From: Podarcis tiliguerta
Lineage: Eukaryota
Strand: one strand, 5' to 3'
NCBI GenBank assembly: GCA_965153285.1
Contig: OZ229119.1
Length of the DNA: 64,000 bases
Shown here in pieces: positions 45,721 to 58,992 of the stretch. The stretch's first letter is position 1, and the number at the start of each line of letters is the position of its first letter. The notes below the pieces were generated by a model. The model saw only the letters and a list, made by a program, of their open reading frames with translations. It ran no database searches and was not told where the DNA came from. Made by a program: the position numbers and the translations under genes.

Positions 45721-48700
45721 CTGAATTGGGTGCATTGGTGAGGTGGGGTCAACTGAATCGAAGGGTGCTCTTTTGCCTGGGTGTGGCTTGCAAGCAAATG
45801 TTAGGAGACTATTATAAGATTCTGGCTTATATTGGGTAAAGCAATGATGGCTTTATGAAGCCAGCGTTGTACTGCTTTCCTCCCCCCAATAATTGTCGTA
45901 TTTTGTGTAAGGGTCAGAAACCTGGCTCACAAGGTCATTATTTTAAGTATTTACTCAATATGACTGGACCACTGTAGAATTTCCTCATGTGCAAGTGATG
46001 TACCTTGACAATGCCTGTATTACTGAGACATTATTCCCTAATGCCAGAGATTGTTCTTGCATCGAATCATAGGCAGATGTCGTGTAGCTCATTATTCCAC
46101 ATTGTGTCATGTGCTTGTAATTGTCTCGTGCAAAATAAATTGCTACTTGCCTCTGACATTTTCAGAACCATAGTCCTGAGGTAATGTGCGCCTTTATTGA
46201 TGAAGTTCTGCAGAGAAAACAAGGGATTCCGTATTGACTGTTATGCTTTGCCACCTGCAGTCATCCCCTGTGTAGGTTGCCATATTAACAGCCTAGGGAT
46301 TACTGAATCCTGATGGATATAAAGCTTATTTTGTTGACGTGTAAGCTAGATTTATATTCCTTGGTGGACCTTTTTTCTAAAATAATTTAGACTGTTGTGC
46401 TAAATTATGTGGGGTCAGCTAGTGTTTGATGATTATTATTTGTATAGATGTTATAACACAAACATTTAATTTACCATTGTAGTGATAAATGCAGCATGGT
46501 ATATCCAAAGAGTAGAAGTTTAGATATCTGTAGTTTTTCGTACTATCTTTAAAGACTGACAACCATCAAAGTTCTGCTTGAAGAAAAGTAATACATTCCT
46601 TTCATTTCCCTGAGAGAGAAAGAGCCAGATGGACAAGGGAACTCCTGTGAGAGACAGTCTTTCCATTCTCCAGCTGTAGATGCCTGTCTTAAAGCCATAC
46701 TATGAAAGAGCACCCCTCAATCAGGACAATGGTATTTAGGTCTGAAAGTTGCAATCCTTTGTACACTTATCTGCAAGTATGCCCCTTTCAACTTGGTGGT
46801 ATTTACTCATGTGCATAATTACTCTGAAGTGAGCTGTAACTGAATATTCTGACCAAGGCATTCAGCATGTACATAAGCAAAAACAGTTTATTTCCTGAAA
46901 ACATACTTGTAGACAGCTCTGTGTCCCTTTAGAAACAAAAAAATACTATCAGATCTGAATTATAGTAGCTAGTTTCCAAAATGTGTCATCCTTATAGAAA
47001 TATAAGGTCTCTTAATGCCAGTCATGTATTACCCTCTCAAGCTTGCTAGGCTTTCAGTACAGCAGACTGAAACTTTGCTATATGTGGAATAAACGCAGAA
47101 GTAAGCCTATTTGTTTACTGAGGGTGGTGTGGGTTGAACTTGCACATGAGCTTCTGTTCCAAGCTGATTGTGTGCTTTATGGTAGGGGTTCCCAAACTGA
47201 ATATCATTCAGGTGTTCCACAGCATGCTGGTGAAGGAATTCTATAGAATCCTATGAAATTCAAATTGTAGTACAACAAAATAACAATATAAGAAAAGAAG
47301 AAGCAATAAAAATACGATTAAAAGTCATACAGTATTTAGCACAGTGCATTCTGTTGCGAACTGCCCTGTAATCTTTGGATAAATGGCAGTATGCAAATGT
47401 AATAATAAAATTACAAATAATTATAATTGCTGCAAGAGGCATAAACAGAATTTAGGGGTTTGCCAAGACCCACAGGGGCTCTGTGGGGGGAGAAATTTGA
47501 GGATCATTGCTTTAAGAATAGTTCTTTAGCCAGAAATCCATTGGAAGGCTCCATCTTAAAGAGTTTGTTTGACTGCCTAGCTTGAAAATGTTCTGCTTCT
47601 AGTTGACCTTTCAGAAATTTGCCTTACTCAAATTTCTCCTGTGGCAATTTCCATTTGAAGAAGCACATTCAAATAGCTGTGATAAAACTTCTCACGGTTT
47701 AGTAACTCCTGAAAAACAAGCTCCAAGGTCTTGGGCTGTGCTGTTAGCGGTCAGGCCATGGTCAACTATACAAGACTGCATTCAGATTAATTTTTTTAGA
47801 GAGCTCTTCTGTTATTTGCTGCAACTTGATAATACAGCAGGCATAGAATCAGCAGGTTTCTGTGGACATGCTTAATGCAGAGTTTAGTTTTTTAACGCTT
47901 TAGTGAAACACAATAACACAAAGTCCTGCTGGTTCAAACCAAAGACCTATCAAATCCAGTTTGTTTCCTACAGTGGCCAACCAGATGCTTATGGGAACAA
48001 ATACAGCATAAGCCCAATAGTCTGTTCTTGTTCCCCAGCAACTTTCAGAAGCATGTTGCTTCTGATCCTGGAGAACAGCATACAGCCATCATGACTAGTA
48101 GCCATTGATGGGGCTACTTTCCATGAATCTGTCTACTCTCTCAAATACTGGTGGTGGTGGCCAGTGTTTGAAATTTGCCAGGTGAAGATGCCCAGGCGCC
48201 AGGATGATGCCTGCCATCTTCACCATCTCGAGATGCATGCCTGGAATCCTTGGGTCTTGAATGTTTTCACACACTTGCAACACATCCTGTAGAATTCTTT
48301 ATATTATATTTTATTTGCACAATCAGAATGAATTTCAGGAACCAAAAATTTGTCATTTTGAAAAATACAACTTTCAAGCTGTCTGGCCCCAAAATGGCAA
48401 CTAGGCATTCTTTTTGGTGAATGCAACCCTGGTTTTAAGGAATCACCACCTATAATCACTACATTTTCTGGTAGAAAATTCAGTATCTTACCTGTGTACA
48501 GTTTGTACAGTCATTGTGTGCTAATTCCTTCTTTCACACAATTTTGTCTAATTTCAGCTGTTCGTACACTAGGGCAGTTTCAAACATTGTAGGCAGATAA
48601 GCTGCCACAAGTGTTCAGAAATGGCGTGTAAGATGGAAACTTATCCAGTAGCTTCCTTTGTTGTTCCTTTGTTCCTTCTTCAGGATAAGCTTATATTTCT

Positions 48701-49026
48701 TACTAGCTCCAAACACCACACCAGAAGAAGCAGTTTAACATATATGCCTGAAGTTTGGAGTGTATCCTTTTGCCCTTCCTTTTTTAGTAGGCACTTGTTA
48801 TAGGGGATCCTAAGGAAGCAAAAAGCTAGTCTCTATCCTGCTAAGCTGCCAAGATAATACATATAGCTTTCATTTTTAATATCCTTCATTTTCTATTATT
48901 TTTTATGGGGCATTTAGAGTTGTATTTAATAGAATGAGTGAAATGGTGATGATTGGAGGTCTCCTAGAATGTTAGTAAAAAAAATGGGGGGATAAAGAAG
49001 AAAAGTTTGTGTTTGGGAACCTAAGC

Positions 49027-49142
49027 CAGTCTTCCATGATCTATTGTCCTTCAGGTGTTTTGGGCTTCATCACTGGCCAGTGGTCAGTGATGATGGGAGC
49101 TGTACACCAAAACATTAGAGGTCAGCACGTTGGGAAAGCCTG
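49027..49142. mobile_element. Palindromic hAT-like MITE copy in the TOB2 intron
   Basis: Same internal motifs as the 1030 copy; 8-bp near-TSD acctaagc/acctaaag. Confidence 0.65.
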
Positions 49143-50160
49143 ACCTAAAGTTCTCTTCCAGGCCACATAGTACTAACCTTCCTGAGTCTTCCTGATGAAC
49201 GTATGCCTTGTTTTTATATCACTTGGGATCAGAAGCTACTGTTAGTTCCATCCAGGATTACCTTCTGTTTATCTGAGTTGACCTTCTGAAGCTATTTTCA
49301 GAAGAAACACCTTTTCAGCTTTTTGTTATCTATTTAATATTACAATGTCAAGGATCGCTGGTGTTACCACAATGGGATGAATCACCACTAAACTAGTTTC
49401 TGTCTTTTGAAATGTATTGATCTGCCTTGCTCCAGTGTCTTAAAATGAAACTTTGACTCATTAAGACAGTAGCAACTACATGAAAGCTCTGCTAGTGGTG
49501 CTATCAATGGCATTGTCCAGATAGCAACACCTCTCTTCAGTGGCACCCCAGTTATGAGAATCCTTCCCATTAGAGGTGCAGTTGGTCTCGTTAGCAATTT
49601 TAGGCACTTTAAAAAATATGTATTTATTTATTGAGGCTCTTGAAGGAAGTTCAGCCACTCCAGGGGTGCATATATTTTGCTGGTTTGATTTACTTTATAA
49701 CATTTAACTTACTGTGATTTTTTTAAAGGATCTATTGTATTTTTTATTGTGTAGTTTTACAGCTATTTATGTTGTATATCACCTTGCAATCTTTGGATGG
49801 TGAATGGTCTAGAGATAAACTAATAAATAATAATGTTTGACAGCATACAAAGAACCAAAGAAATGTGTATGTGTTAAACGCATAAAGGGATATTCTTCTT
49901 TACAATCGTCAAGGTGCAAATGCACTTTGCACAGTCTTTGATTTATTATTGCCAGCTATGATGTTGAATTCTCAGGAATCAGTTTCTGCAATTAAAAGTA
50001 TAACTATTGTGCTGCAACAGTATTAAGGATACAATATTTCCACCTTACATTTCATTTCTCTTTGTCTTTTTCAGAATTGTTTGGAGCCAAAATCCGTCTA
50101 TGTTTGTGTCCGCTGTCTATTTTTAATATACTGCCCTACCTTGCTTGCTGTGAAGGGAGT

Positions 50161-51186
50161 ATGCATCTGGAGATCAAAGTTGCTCTGAACTTCATCATCT
50201 CATATCTGTACAACAAGCTTCCACGGAGGCGGGCCGACTTGTTTGGTGAAGAGCTAGAGCGGCTGCTGAAGAAAAAATATGAAGGCCATTGGTACCCAGA
50301 GAAGCCCCTGAAGGGTTCTGGCTACCGCTGTGTTCACATTGGGGAGACGGTGGACCCCGTAGTCGAGATGGCAGCCAAGCGGAGTGGGCTGGCTGTAGAG
50401 GATGTGCGGGCCAATGTTCCTGAAGAACTGAGTGTCTGGATTGACCCATTTGAGGTCTCCTACCAGATTGGTGAGAAAGGGTCTGTCAAGGTCCTATATC
50501 TAGATGACAGCGAGGGCTGCAGTGCAGCCGAGTTGGACAAGGAGATCAAGAGCAGCTTCAATCCTGACGCTCAGGTGTTCGTCCCCATTGGCAGCCAGGA
50601 CAACTCCTTGTCCAATTCTCCATCCCCATCGTTTGGCCAGTCACCCAGCCCCACGTTCATCCCTCGCTCTGCCCAGCCCATTACCTTCACCACTGCCACT
50701 TTTGCTGCCACTAAGTTTGGCTCAACCAAGATGAAGAAAGGCGGAGGAGCTGGAGCAGCCACCAGTGGCACAGGGGTTCCACCACAGCAGCAGCAGCGCC
50801 TGGCCAGGTCGCCCACCAATGGCCTGCTGAAGCACAAAGGTCTCTCCCTGTCTATGCATTCTCTGAACTTCATCGGGGGCAGTACGGCCCCTCAATCTCA
50901 GCTCTCCCCCAATGCCAAGGAGTTTGTTTACAATGGTGGATCGCCAGGAGCTAGCAGCCTCTTCTTTGATGGTGTAGCCACCGAAAACCAGGCCGGCGGC
51001 ATGCCTCCTGCATCCCAATTCAGTGCCAGTGGCGGCGGCGGCAATTTTGACATGGCTCAGGTCTTTGGGGGCAGCACCAACAGCCTCTTTCTGGAGAAGA
51101 CACCCTTCGTGGAAGGACTCAGCTACAATCTGAACGCCATGCAGTATCCCAGCCAGTCGTTCCAGCCAGTGGTTTTGGCCAACTGA
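50161..51186 (+). CDS. TOB2: Protein Tob2 (BTG/Tob family, CAF1 deadenylase adaptor), 341 aa, single coding exon
   Basis: BTG domain [32 protein letters not shown]...[12 protein letters not shown]...[13 protein letters not shown]; two PAM2 motifs ([24 protein letters not shown]); C-terminus [11 protein letters not shown]2-type residues and synteny with PHF5A/ACO2 distinguish it from TOB1. True start is ATG 50161; exon acceptor ttttcag at 50074. Confidence 0.97.
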   Translation: MHLEIKVALNFIISYLYNKLPRRRADLFGEELERLLKKKYEGHWYPEKPLKGSGYRCVHIGETVDPVVEMAAKRSGLAVEDVRANVPEELSVWIDPFEVSYQIGEKGSVKVLYLDDSEGCSAAELDKEIKSSFNPDAQVFVPIGSQDNSLSNSPSPSFGQSPSPTFIPRSAQPITFTTATFAATKFGSTKMKKGGGAGAATSGTGVPPQQQQRLARSPTNGLLKHKGLSLSMHSLNFIGGSTAPQSQLSPNAKEFVYNGGSPGASSLFFDGVATENQAGGMPPASQFSASGGGGNFDMAQVFGGSTNSLFLEKTPFVEGLSYNLNAMQYPSQSFQPVVLAN

Positions 51187-54100
51187 CCACCATGAGAGTA
51201 TTCTGGGGAAAATAACTTCCAAAAAAAGAGAAAAAATAATTAGAAATATTTGAAATCTTATAAATATAGCTTCTTGGAAAGAGACAAATCCTGATTCGTT
51301 GTGTCATGCCAGGAAGCGCTGCTGAAGCACTGATTATTTTTTTAAACTTGTTTCCTGTGCTCTTTCCTATCCGTTGTTGTACACTTAATGAGGAAGGTTA
51401 TTGTTCCAGCCCAGCAGTGGTGGGAGCCAGAGCCACTTTATATTATGTCCCATGCTGCTTCTTGGAACTGGTTCTCAAATATTCTTACTGCAAGGATGGC
51501 ATTTTTCAGGGTGCTGTCATGTCCCTTGCAGCCAGATACCTTGATTTCTCCCCCTCCCTGTTTTGGAGTGATGGGGGATGATTTAGACGGCTTCTGGATG
51601 TGTGAAGTCTCAAGCACTTCCTAGGGTAGGCCTGGGCTTCTCAGTGTGTAATGAGAGGCCCAGACAGTGGAGCAAATGTATTCATTTCTCATAACTCAGT
51701 TTTTGTATTCCTATTGCAAAATGGGAGTAGAACAAAGTTCTCAGCTTCTGTTTCTTCCTGCGCTAACTGGTGATGGCAAGGCCTTAGCCCCTCTAGCTTC
51801 AGGGGAATGCTGGAAGGGGCAGCATTGTAGCATCTGGGACAGGTTTTTCCCCCCTACAGTTTTCCATTGTAAGCACCTCCTCTCCCCTTAGCCCCCTTAA
51901 GAGCCTGGAGTTAGATGTACTCTTTGGGAAGCTTAGATCCCGTGTCAGCTGCTAATGCTATGATGTATAAATAGGACTCTAGATGCAAACACTTCTGACT
52001 TGTGAGAAAAATTGATCCATGTATATTGCACTCTCTTTCAAGGGTAGGAGTGAGAGCTGGCCTTCCAGGGTTTTTTTTGTGCCTGAGCAGCCCCCATTGA
52101 TGTTCCTCTGGACCAATTGCCTTGGTTTATGGGGTTCTGAGCTCTTCTGTTGACAGCTGAGCATTTGGTTACTAATTCTCATGGAAAGAATGGTTTCCTG
52201 CTCTTGACTATGATAGCACTACTTTTTGGCAGGGAAGAGGGAGTTACAGTGCAGACTGCTTTCTGGATGAATAGCATGAGGGTTTGCACTTTGAATCTCA
52301 TGTCTCTTAAGACTTCTGACCAAAAACCTTATGATTTTTCATTTGAAAGGAAGCAGGCATTCCTGTACGGAAGAGCGCCCCACATATCAGGTCCAGTCTG
52401 GACTTGTTCCATTTCGAGACTCTGCATGAGGAATGAAGTGGGCTTGCTGTAGAATGTTGCTCAACATGTGGTGAGAAGAAAGTGTTCTCTGATAAGAATG
52501 TAGAGTCTCTCCTTCCTTATTGTTGCTATTGAACTAGGAATCCTAATGGTATTCCCTGCATCTCCCTTTTCTGTCATGAGAGGACAGCCTGGAAGACAGG
52601 GACAGTAGTGGCCTTCAAGAGTGAGTTTTTCTTTTTCTTTTGGCAGATGATTGGCAAACCTTTCCCCATCTATGCCTTGTGAGATAATTACTGAGTCCAA
52701 AAGTTTACTTATCTATGGCGATAAGGGGTGAGAGAGAGCTTATGGGGAGATAACATAGATGTGGCTGTGGATTACATACTCTAGGCATATTCTCTCTACC
52801 ATCACTATCTGCTCCCCACCCCCAAACAGCATGGTTTGGACCGTGTATAAAGTGTTGCTTTTGCACCTTCTCTGGCAAAGTCATATTGAATAAATAAGCT
52901 ACAATTCTAGAGCTCTCCAGTGACTTGACCTGGAGACTTGCGTTTCCACTTAAGCTAAACTGAGGATTCCCTGTAGGACTGTATATGAGCCTTAACTGCT
53001 ACAAGCATCTGTCCTCCTGTGAAGGATGCCTAACTCTGATGCACTAGAGATCATTCGGTGAAATTGATGGGAAATGTCTCCTGCCCAGGCCACAGCGATG
53101 TGGCTTATGCATGAGATCTTCTCTAGGTATCCCCAAGTTGAGCCCTTTTTTATTTCTTTGTACCCCTTCTTACTTCTGCCTCTTTGCTGGGCTGAGGAAA
53201 AGGACACTAAAAAAGAAAAAAACTTATTTGCATTCTGCCTGTTTTCTGTGAGCCACTATGGGGTTGAGGAGGGAAGAAGATACTATTGGGCAGTAATGTG
53301 ATGGGTGAAGTTTCATGAAGCTAGAAGTCCTCAACCTGAACAAGACACGTTAGACCTCTTCAGTAAACACATTTGTTTGTCTTCCCCCCACCCCACCCCC
53401 ACTCCCAACATTACCACTGCCACCCACTTCTTTCCCCTCAACATGTACTGTAGACTGCCATGCTTTTACACTGGACTTCCTCCCTAGGAGAGGCTCCCTA
53501 TCTGCCCAGCATAATCTCCGCCGAGAACTTCCACATGCAGCAGAAAGCTGCCCTGAGCCACTGCCTTGGGTGGGGTTATGTACCCTTCTCAGGCTTAAGT
53601 ATATTGAAGGGAGGGAGAGAACCTCACTAGCACCTGCAACATGTGATGTTTCACACTGCTTTGTCCTGTTAACTGCTTTTTGAAAAGAAGTCTGCGTTCA
53701 TAAGGAGGAAAAGGGGAAGGACCAACCTCTGTATTTCCTAAAGGAACACATACCGTGCTTCAGAAGCATTTCCAGTGCTGGCGACAATGAAACTCACGGC
53801 CTCTTTTTTGGTCTTGTTGTCTCAAGAGTTAGACGTTCAGCTTCAATTTTATTTTTAAAACCTGCACTAATTTACCTGGTTTCTTAGGAAGAAAAAGAGA
53901 TTTTTTTTAACTTTTATTTTTATGGGTTTGTGTTAATTTTTTTGTTGTCCGTTTATATTGAATAATTTGCTACATTTGTAAAATGTAAGAGGTATATATA
54001 ATATATGTATATTTCTAACGTAAAAAAAAAATTGAACTTTTTTCTTTTCAAGATTTTTTCTTAGAGGAGAGAGAAAAAAATATTTTTTCAGGAAAATTTT

Positions 54101-54520
54101 AAAAAAGCAGCAGTGAAAGCTCCTTTTCTCCCCTCGCTTCCCTCCTTCCTGACCCTTTTTGAAGAGCGAATCAGCAACGTGTGATCTTGGAGTATGGATG
54201 GACACAAAGAGGACAGAATTATGTATGTTTTTTAATGCAGAGGTCCATGCTGTTCTTGTTTGGTTTTTTGGTTCTTACATGCAGGGGGCCATTGAGTAGG
54301 GATCCAGAGGGGGTTTCGTTCTTTTTCTTTCTTTTTTCTCTAGCGAAGGAGGAATACAATCAGAGTTTTGTATTCAGAATGTTGTGCAATATTTTGGAAC
54401 AGGACATTGGCGTGTCTAGAGATTTAGTTAAAAAACAACAAAGGTTGATCAAATCTGTACAGTTTCTATTGTTCCAGATTTTTTTAAGTTTGTATTAAAA
54501 GCATGATATATAATAGCCTT
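51187..54520 (+). other. TOB2 long 3'UTR ending near ATTAAA at 54494-54499
   Basis: No recognisable repeats over ~3.3 kb; U-rich distal part; ATTAAA followed by a GU/U-rich downstream element (~54519-54538). Confidence 0.65.
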
Positions 54521-57500
54521 TTGTCCCTGTTGTTTGTGCAAGGGCACTAAGGGTTTAAAGGGTGGGAAATAGATTTTGGGGGGGATTGGGAGGGACATTT
54601 CTCCAGATGGGTGCAGTAGTCTAAAGCCAGAAAGTAAATGTCCTGAAGACAGGCTCAGCTCTTTTGAGACATCCCCAGGGTGAGCGAGGAGCTCGCTGCA
54701 GAAATAGCACAGACCAGACGTGACTGATACCTGCTGAAAGCCACCTGGATGATAACGGGAAATGTTGCAGCAATGAAATCTCCCAAAGCATGGTTGGAAG
54801 CCACTGAATGCCATATATAAAGCAGAAAATGCTGTTTAGCACCACGACCTTTTCCTGGCTATTACATCTTTAATTGGACTACGTTTCTACCACAGTATTT
54901 CTATGTGGAAGTAAATTTGACTGAATTCAGTAAGAATTTGACTTAACATTTGTGTATTAGAAGTAAGTCAGGTGTATGGGGCAACACCTAGCTTAAAGGA
55001 TACCAACATTTTCTAAAATTTCTGCCTTATATAAGAAAACCCTTAAGTGTATTGGTTATTCCAAATGCTATTGGTAAATGCAATCGGAGGGCTTTGCGAA
55101 AATACTCGCTTTGCTTCCAAATAGTGTTTAAAACATGGCAGCATGACAAGTGCTAGTGATTGTCGGAGCATGCAAAGTTAACCGTAACAAAATCACGAAA
55201 AGTGCCCTAATTATATGAATAAAATGAAAGCATGTTACTACATAATGCTATACTAACCAAGAACTCAGAAAATAATGTTGCACTGGAGTTTCGTAATACT
55301 ACTACCCCTGCTAGCCTGTAAGGTGAGACATGTCCAGAAATCAACTAGGATCCGCAACACACTGCCCTTATTCCTGGATTAAACAAAATAGGTTTTTTGG
55401 GTAGCAGTAGCAATCGCCACTAGGGGCTTTTTGTGGCAGACCGTTTTAAGTGTTCAGTTGGCCCAGTGCTTCAGGATTTGGTGTCCTGACATGTGCAAAG
55501 AGTATTATGATGGTTTCAACGTTGCTTGAGTGTTGATTGTAACTGCATGCAAAAGCCAGTATTTTGGAAAGAATGTGCAGTATTTGTCATGCAGCACTTA
55601 AGAAGCCGCCATTATGAGCACCTAAAAAAGGGAAAGTGTTTTCTTCAAGTTAAGCGCCTTCCTCTAAGTAACAAACTATACCAAGTTTGGTCACAATAGT
55701 GCTTTGGTAGCCTAGCCAGAGCACCAAGTTCTAACATGTCTCCAGAAACTCCTGGATAGTTTCTCCCAAGCTAGGGTGTGGGGTGGTGGTTAGACATTCA
55801 TCACAGGGGACTCCCATGTTAAGAGAATTTGAAATATTGAGTCATTTGAGAGGGAGGGATCCTACCTGAACATGGGTTATAATGTCAACAGCACTGGTAT
55901 TTCTGCTTGCTGTCATTCCCTCTTAGGGCAACAACAGCTTACAGCATGAGTCATCCATGAAGGGCAAGGGAGGGCTGTCGGAGAACTGAAAAGAAGGCTG
56001 ATCTTGCAATGCTTAAGATGTGAAGACAGAGCAACAGGCCTGGAGAAAGTGGATTGGAATGTAGGACTGCTGAAGCCTCAATTATTTAGATTATTGGATT
56101 TAAATAGGAGATACATGCTTCCCACACACAATAGCAGCTGGAAAATCACAGCTTCACAGAGGGCCTTACATTCTACAGCACTGCAAGCCCAGATTTTGCT
56201 AAATAATTCATTGTAGCTAGAAGAGTTTGATGTGGTAATATGTCTTAAGGTTTTTGAGCTGTTCCCCAACAGTACAGGGGCTGGTGTAAAAAACCCCAGA
56301 GAAATAGTAATAAGGCTATCTACTGGTTTTACTTTTTTAGTTTGCTGGCTTTTACGTTATCAGTTCAGAGTTTATGTACATATTAGCAGTATCAGTCATG
56401 TTAAAACTTTCAATTTACAAAACATCCATACCAAATTCCAAGTTAGCTACCACTAATTAAAAACCAGAGTAAAAATGTCAGTTACCCTGCTAAGGAAGAG
56501 GCTCAGGTTTTATCTTTGAGCTTCCACAATGTGGAGTTTTTGCAACTGTAAAGCAGCCATCTAGAATGCTTTCCTACAGGCTTCATTGATAGGCAGAACA
56601 TGGCTTTCTGAGAATTCCAAATATAAGAAAATGAAATATTTTTTAGGGAAGATGCATTTAGAAATTCACCTATTGTGTAGAAAACACATTCAAGAATGTA
56701 TACTTAAGTATGAATTGGTACAGTTTCATAATTTGCATACTAATGCAAAAACGGGGTGGAACAGAGTTGCGTATGTGAAACTGACACAGATCAGAATCAG
56801 ACTGATCCCTCCCTTTACATCATTGTAACAGCAGGCAGGCACTAGAAAGGTGGTGTGGCTTCCACAAAGTGTAAACAATTGCATCTCTCCAATTCAAAAT
56901 GTACCAATGCCAACTTTGCTGGCTGGACTTGTTGGAAGTATGGAGTGAGCAAAGGCAGAACAATTAACTGAGGGGGAAAAGCAGGCTTGCTAGATGTGCA
57001 AGACCCCCAACCAATTCAGGCTACGTGCTGGGATGCTGATCTAATGCTCCTTTTCCCTTTCCCTGTGGCAGAGCTGGTCTCCTGGCACCTCTAGGTTAGT
57101 TTTTTCTTTCCTGAATGCCATGGCATGTCATAGGCTGGATGAGTGGCAGAGTACACGGTCCCTCTGAATCAGGCCCCATCTTCAAGGGTTATGGTTCAGG
57201 CTAATGCACACATTTCATGACTTTTGTATAAATGAACAGTTAACAAGATAAGTTCCATAACATCCTTCTCCTATTCTTCCTCTGCCCCTTGATATAGTCC
57301 AGTGCCACCTCTTCCTCTTCCCCACTGTATATTATGTTTCTTGCTCAGGAGTGTGACAATTCTATACCCTACAATGCAGGTTTTCGTTTGGGGATGTTAA
57401 GTCTGCCAACAAAAACACAGGCAAGTAGGAAAGGCCTGGGCCAAGGATAGCCAGCCTTAAAACCTTAAGTGCCTGTCTGTGCTCTTACCTCTGCTTTTCT

Positions 57501-58035
57501 GGCTTCCCTCCAACTTAAGCTGAATGAGTCTCGTTCATCCTGACCCCTCCACTAATTCGCTGGAGGGGTTACGCTTCCAGGCCTCCTGCTCCTCCCCACC
57601 TCTGCTGTGCTGACCTCACAGTGTGTCACCTTAGACAACCTTTTGTGCTTATCAGAAACAATTTCGTCTAGTTTTTCTCTCTCCTTTAACTTCATTGACT
57701 TCCGTAACGAATGGCTAGCATTAATTAATATTGCAGTCATTCCCAGTGAGAACAAAACCTGGGCTGTAAATAAGGGAAAAACACTCAGCTGTAGGTTCAG
57801 GGGCAATTGCACGTTTAAAAAATTGCTGATTATTATTTGCAAATGCACAGAGTCACTTGCAGGGCTCATTGCCTTTGAAAGGATCAGCATATTTGAAAAG
57901 CAGGCCAATGTGTTCCTTTGCTGAGATGGCTTGCTCTACTTTAGCTTTAGGAACCATGTGAAATTATGTCACTGATGTAACACAGTTGCAGCAAGGTTCT
58001 ATTTTTCTTTATCCCAGCATTGTGAGGATGGGGTA

Positions 58036-58385
58036 AAGGTAAAGGGACCCCTGAACATTAGGTCCAGTCGCGGACGACCCTGGGGTTGCAGCGCTCATCT
58101 CGCTTTATTGACCGAGGGAGCCAGCGTACAACTTCCGGGCCATGTTGCCAGCATGACTAAGCCGCTTCTGGCAAATCAGAGCAGCGCACGGAAATGACGT
58201 TTACCTTCCCGCCAGAGCGGTACCTATTTATCTACTTGCACTTTGACGTGCTTTCGAACTGCTAGGTTGGCAGGAGCAGGGACCGAGCAACGGGAGCTCA
58301 CCCCGTCACGGGGATTTGAACTGCCAACATTCTGTTTGGCAAGCTCTAGGCTCTGTGGTTTAACCCACAGCACCACCCGCGTCCC
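58036..58385 (-). mobile_element. Full-length Sauria SINE
   Basis: Reverse complement of the 11802 copy along its length; 13-bp TSD TGAGGATGGGGTA at 58023-58035 and 58387-58399. Confidence 0.92.
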
Positions 58386-58484
58386 ATGAGGATGGGGTAC
58401 TCATGTCCAAAGAGTAATGTTCTAATTAAGGCCTGCTTCCATAAAGCCCCCTGTTTTTAGCAAGAGCTGTTGTGTTTGCTCCCA

Positions 58485-58760
58485 CAAGAGGCAGTTGATG
58501 GCCACCAACGTGGATGGTTTTTGAAGAGGGCTAGACACACTTATGGAGAATAAAGCTGGCCACCAGTGGCCACTAACCCTGATGACTATGCTCTACCTCC
58601 ACTGCCAGAGGCGGTATGTTTCTGAATACCCGGTTGCTGGAAACCGCAGGAGCTGCCCTCAGAACGCACTTGCAGGCTGCCCATAGATATCTGGTTGGCC
58701 ACACTGAGAACACAGTGCAGAACTAGGTGGGACACCGCTCTGGCCCAGTGGGCTTTTCTT
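58485..58760 (+). mobile_element. CR1-type LINE 3' fragment
   Basis: gatggccaccaac...gagggctagacacacttatggag...atctggttggccacactgagaac; shares its 3' part with 98-240. Confidence 0.65.
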
Positions 58761-58992
58761 GTGGTGTAATGGTTATGATGCTGGACTAGGACTAGGACAG
58801 TCCACTGATGCTGAACTAGGTTCAAATCCTTACTTGGCCGTGAAATACTAGGGCTGGTGGTCTCTCAGTCTGACCTACAGCACAGAGTGGTTGCAAGGCT
58901 AAAATCGACTGTGGGGGGGACAGGTAAGAGAAATCATGTATTCTGCCTTGAGCTCCTTGGAGGAATGGTGGGATATAACTGTTAATTTTAAA
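58761..58992 (+). mobile_element. Degenerate tRNA-derived CORE/MIR-like SINE
   Basis: A-box-like gtggtgtaatggtta, B-box-like ggttcaaatcc, CORE-like middle, A-rich end. Confidence 0.55.

Noticed and set aside
43003-45724. Many 70-158 aa ORFs in the TOB2 CpG island
   Set aside because: Low-complexity Pro/Gly/Arg-rich translations on both strands, no family motifs, mostly non-ATG starts.
50062-50160. 33-aa N-terminal extension of TOB2 in the ORF track (374 aa)
   Set aside because: It begins at a TTG in the intron's polypyrimidine tract, upstream of the acceptor at 50074; the family N-terminus starts at ATG 50161.
51187-51215. CCACCATG Kozak-like start directly after the TOB2 stop
   Set aside because: Encodes only 7 aa (MRVFWGK*); no supporting evidence for function.
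50571-51222. Antisense ORFs of 100 and 166 aa over TOB2
   Set aside because: Shadow frames of a GC-rich coding sequence with no recognisable domain.
55403-55430. CTCF-like motif gcagtagcaatcgccactaggggct
   Set aside because: Core is one G short of CCACTAGGGGGC, breaking the most conserved positions; unsupported without a PWM score or ChIP data.
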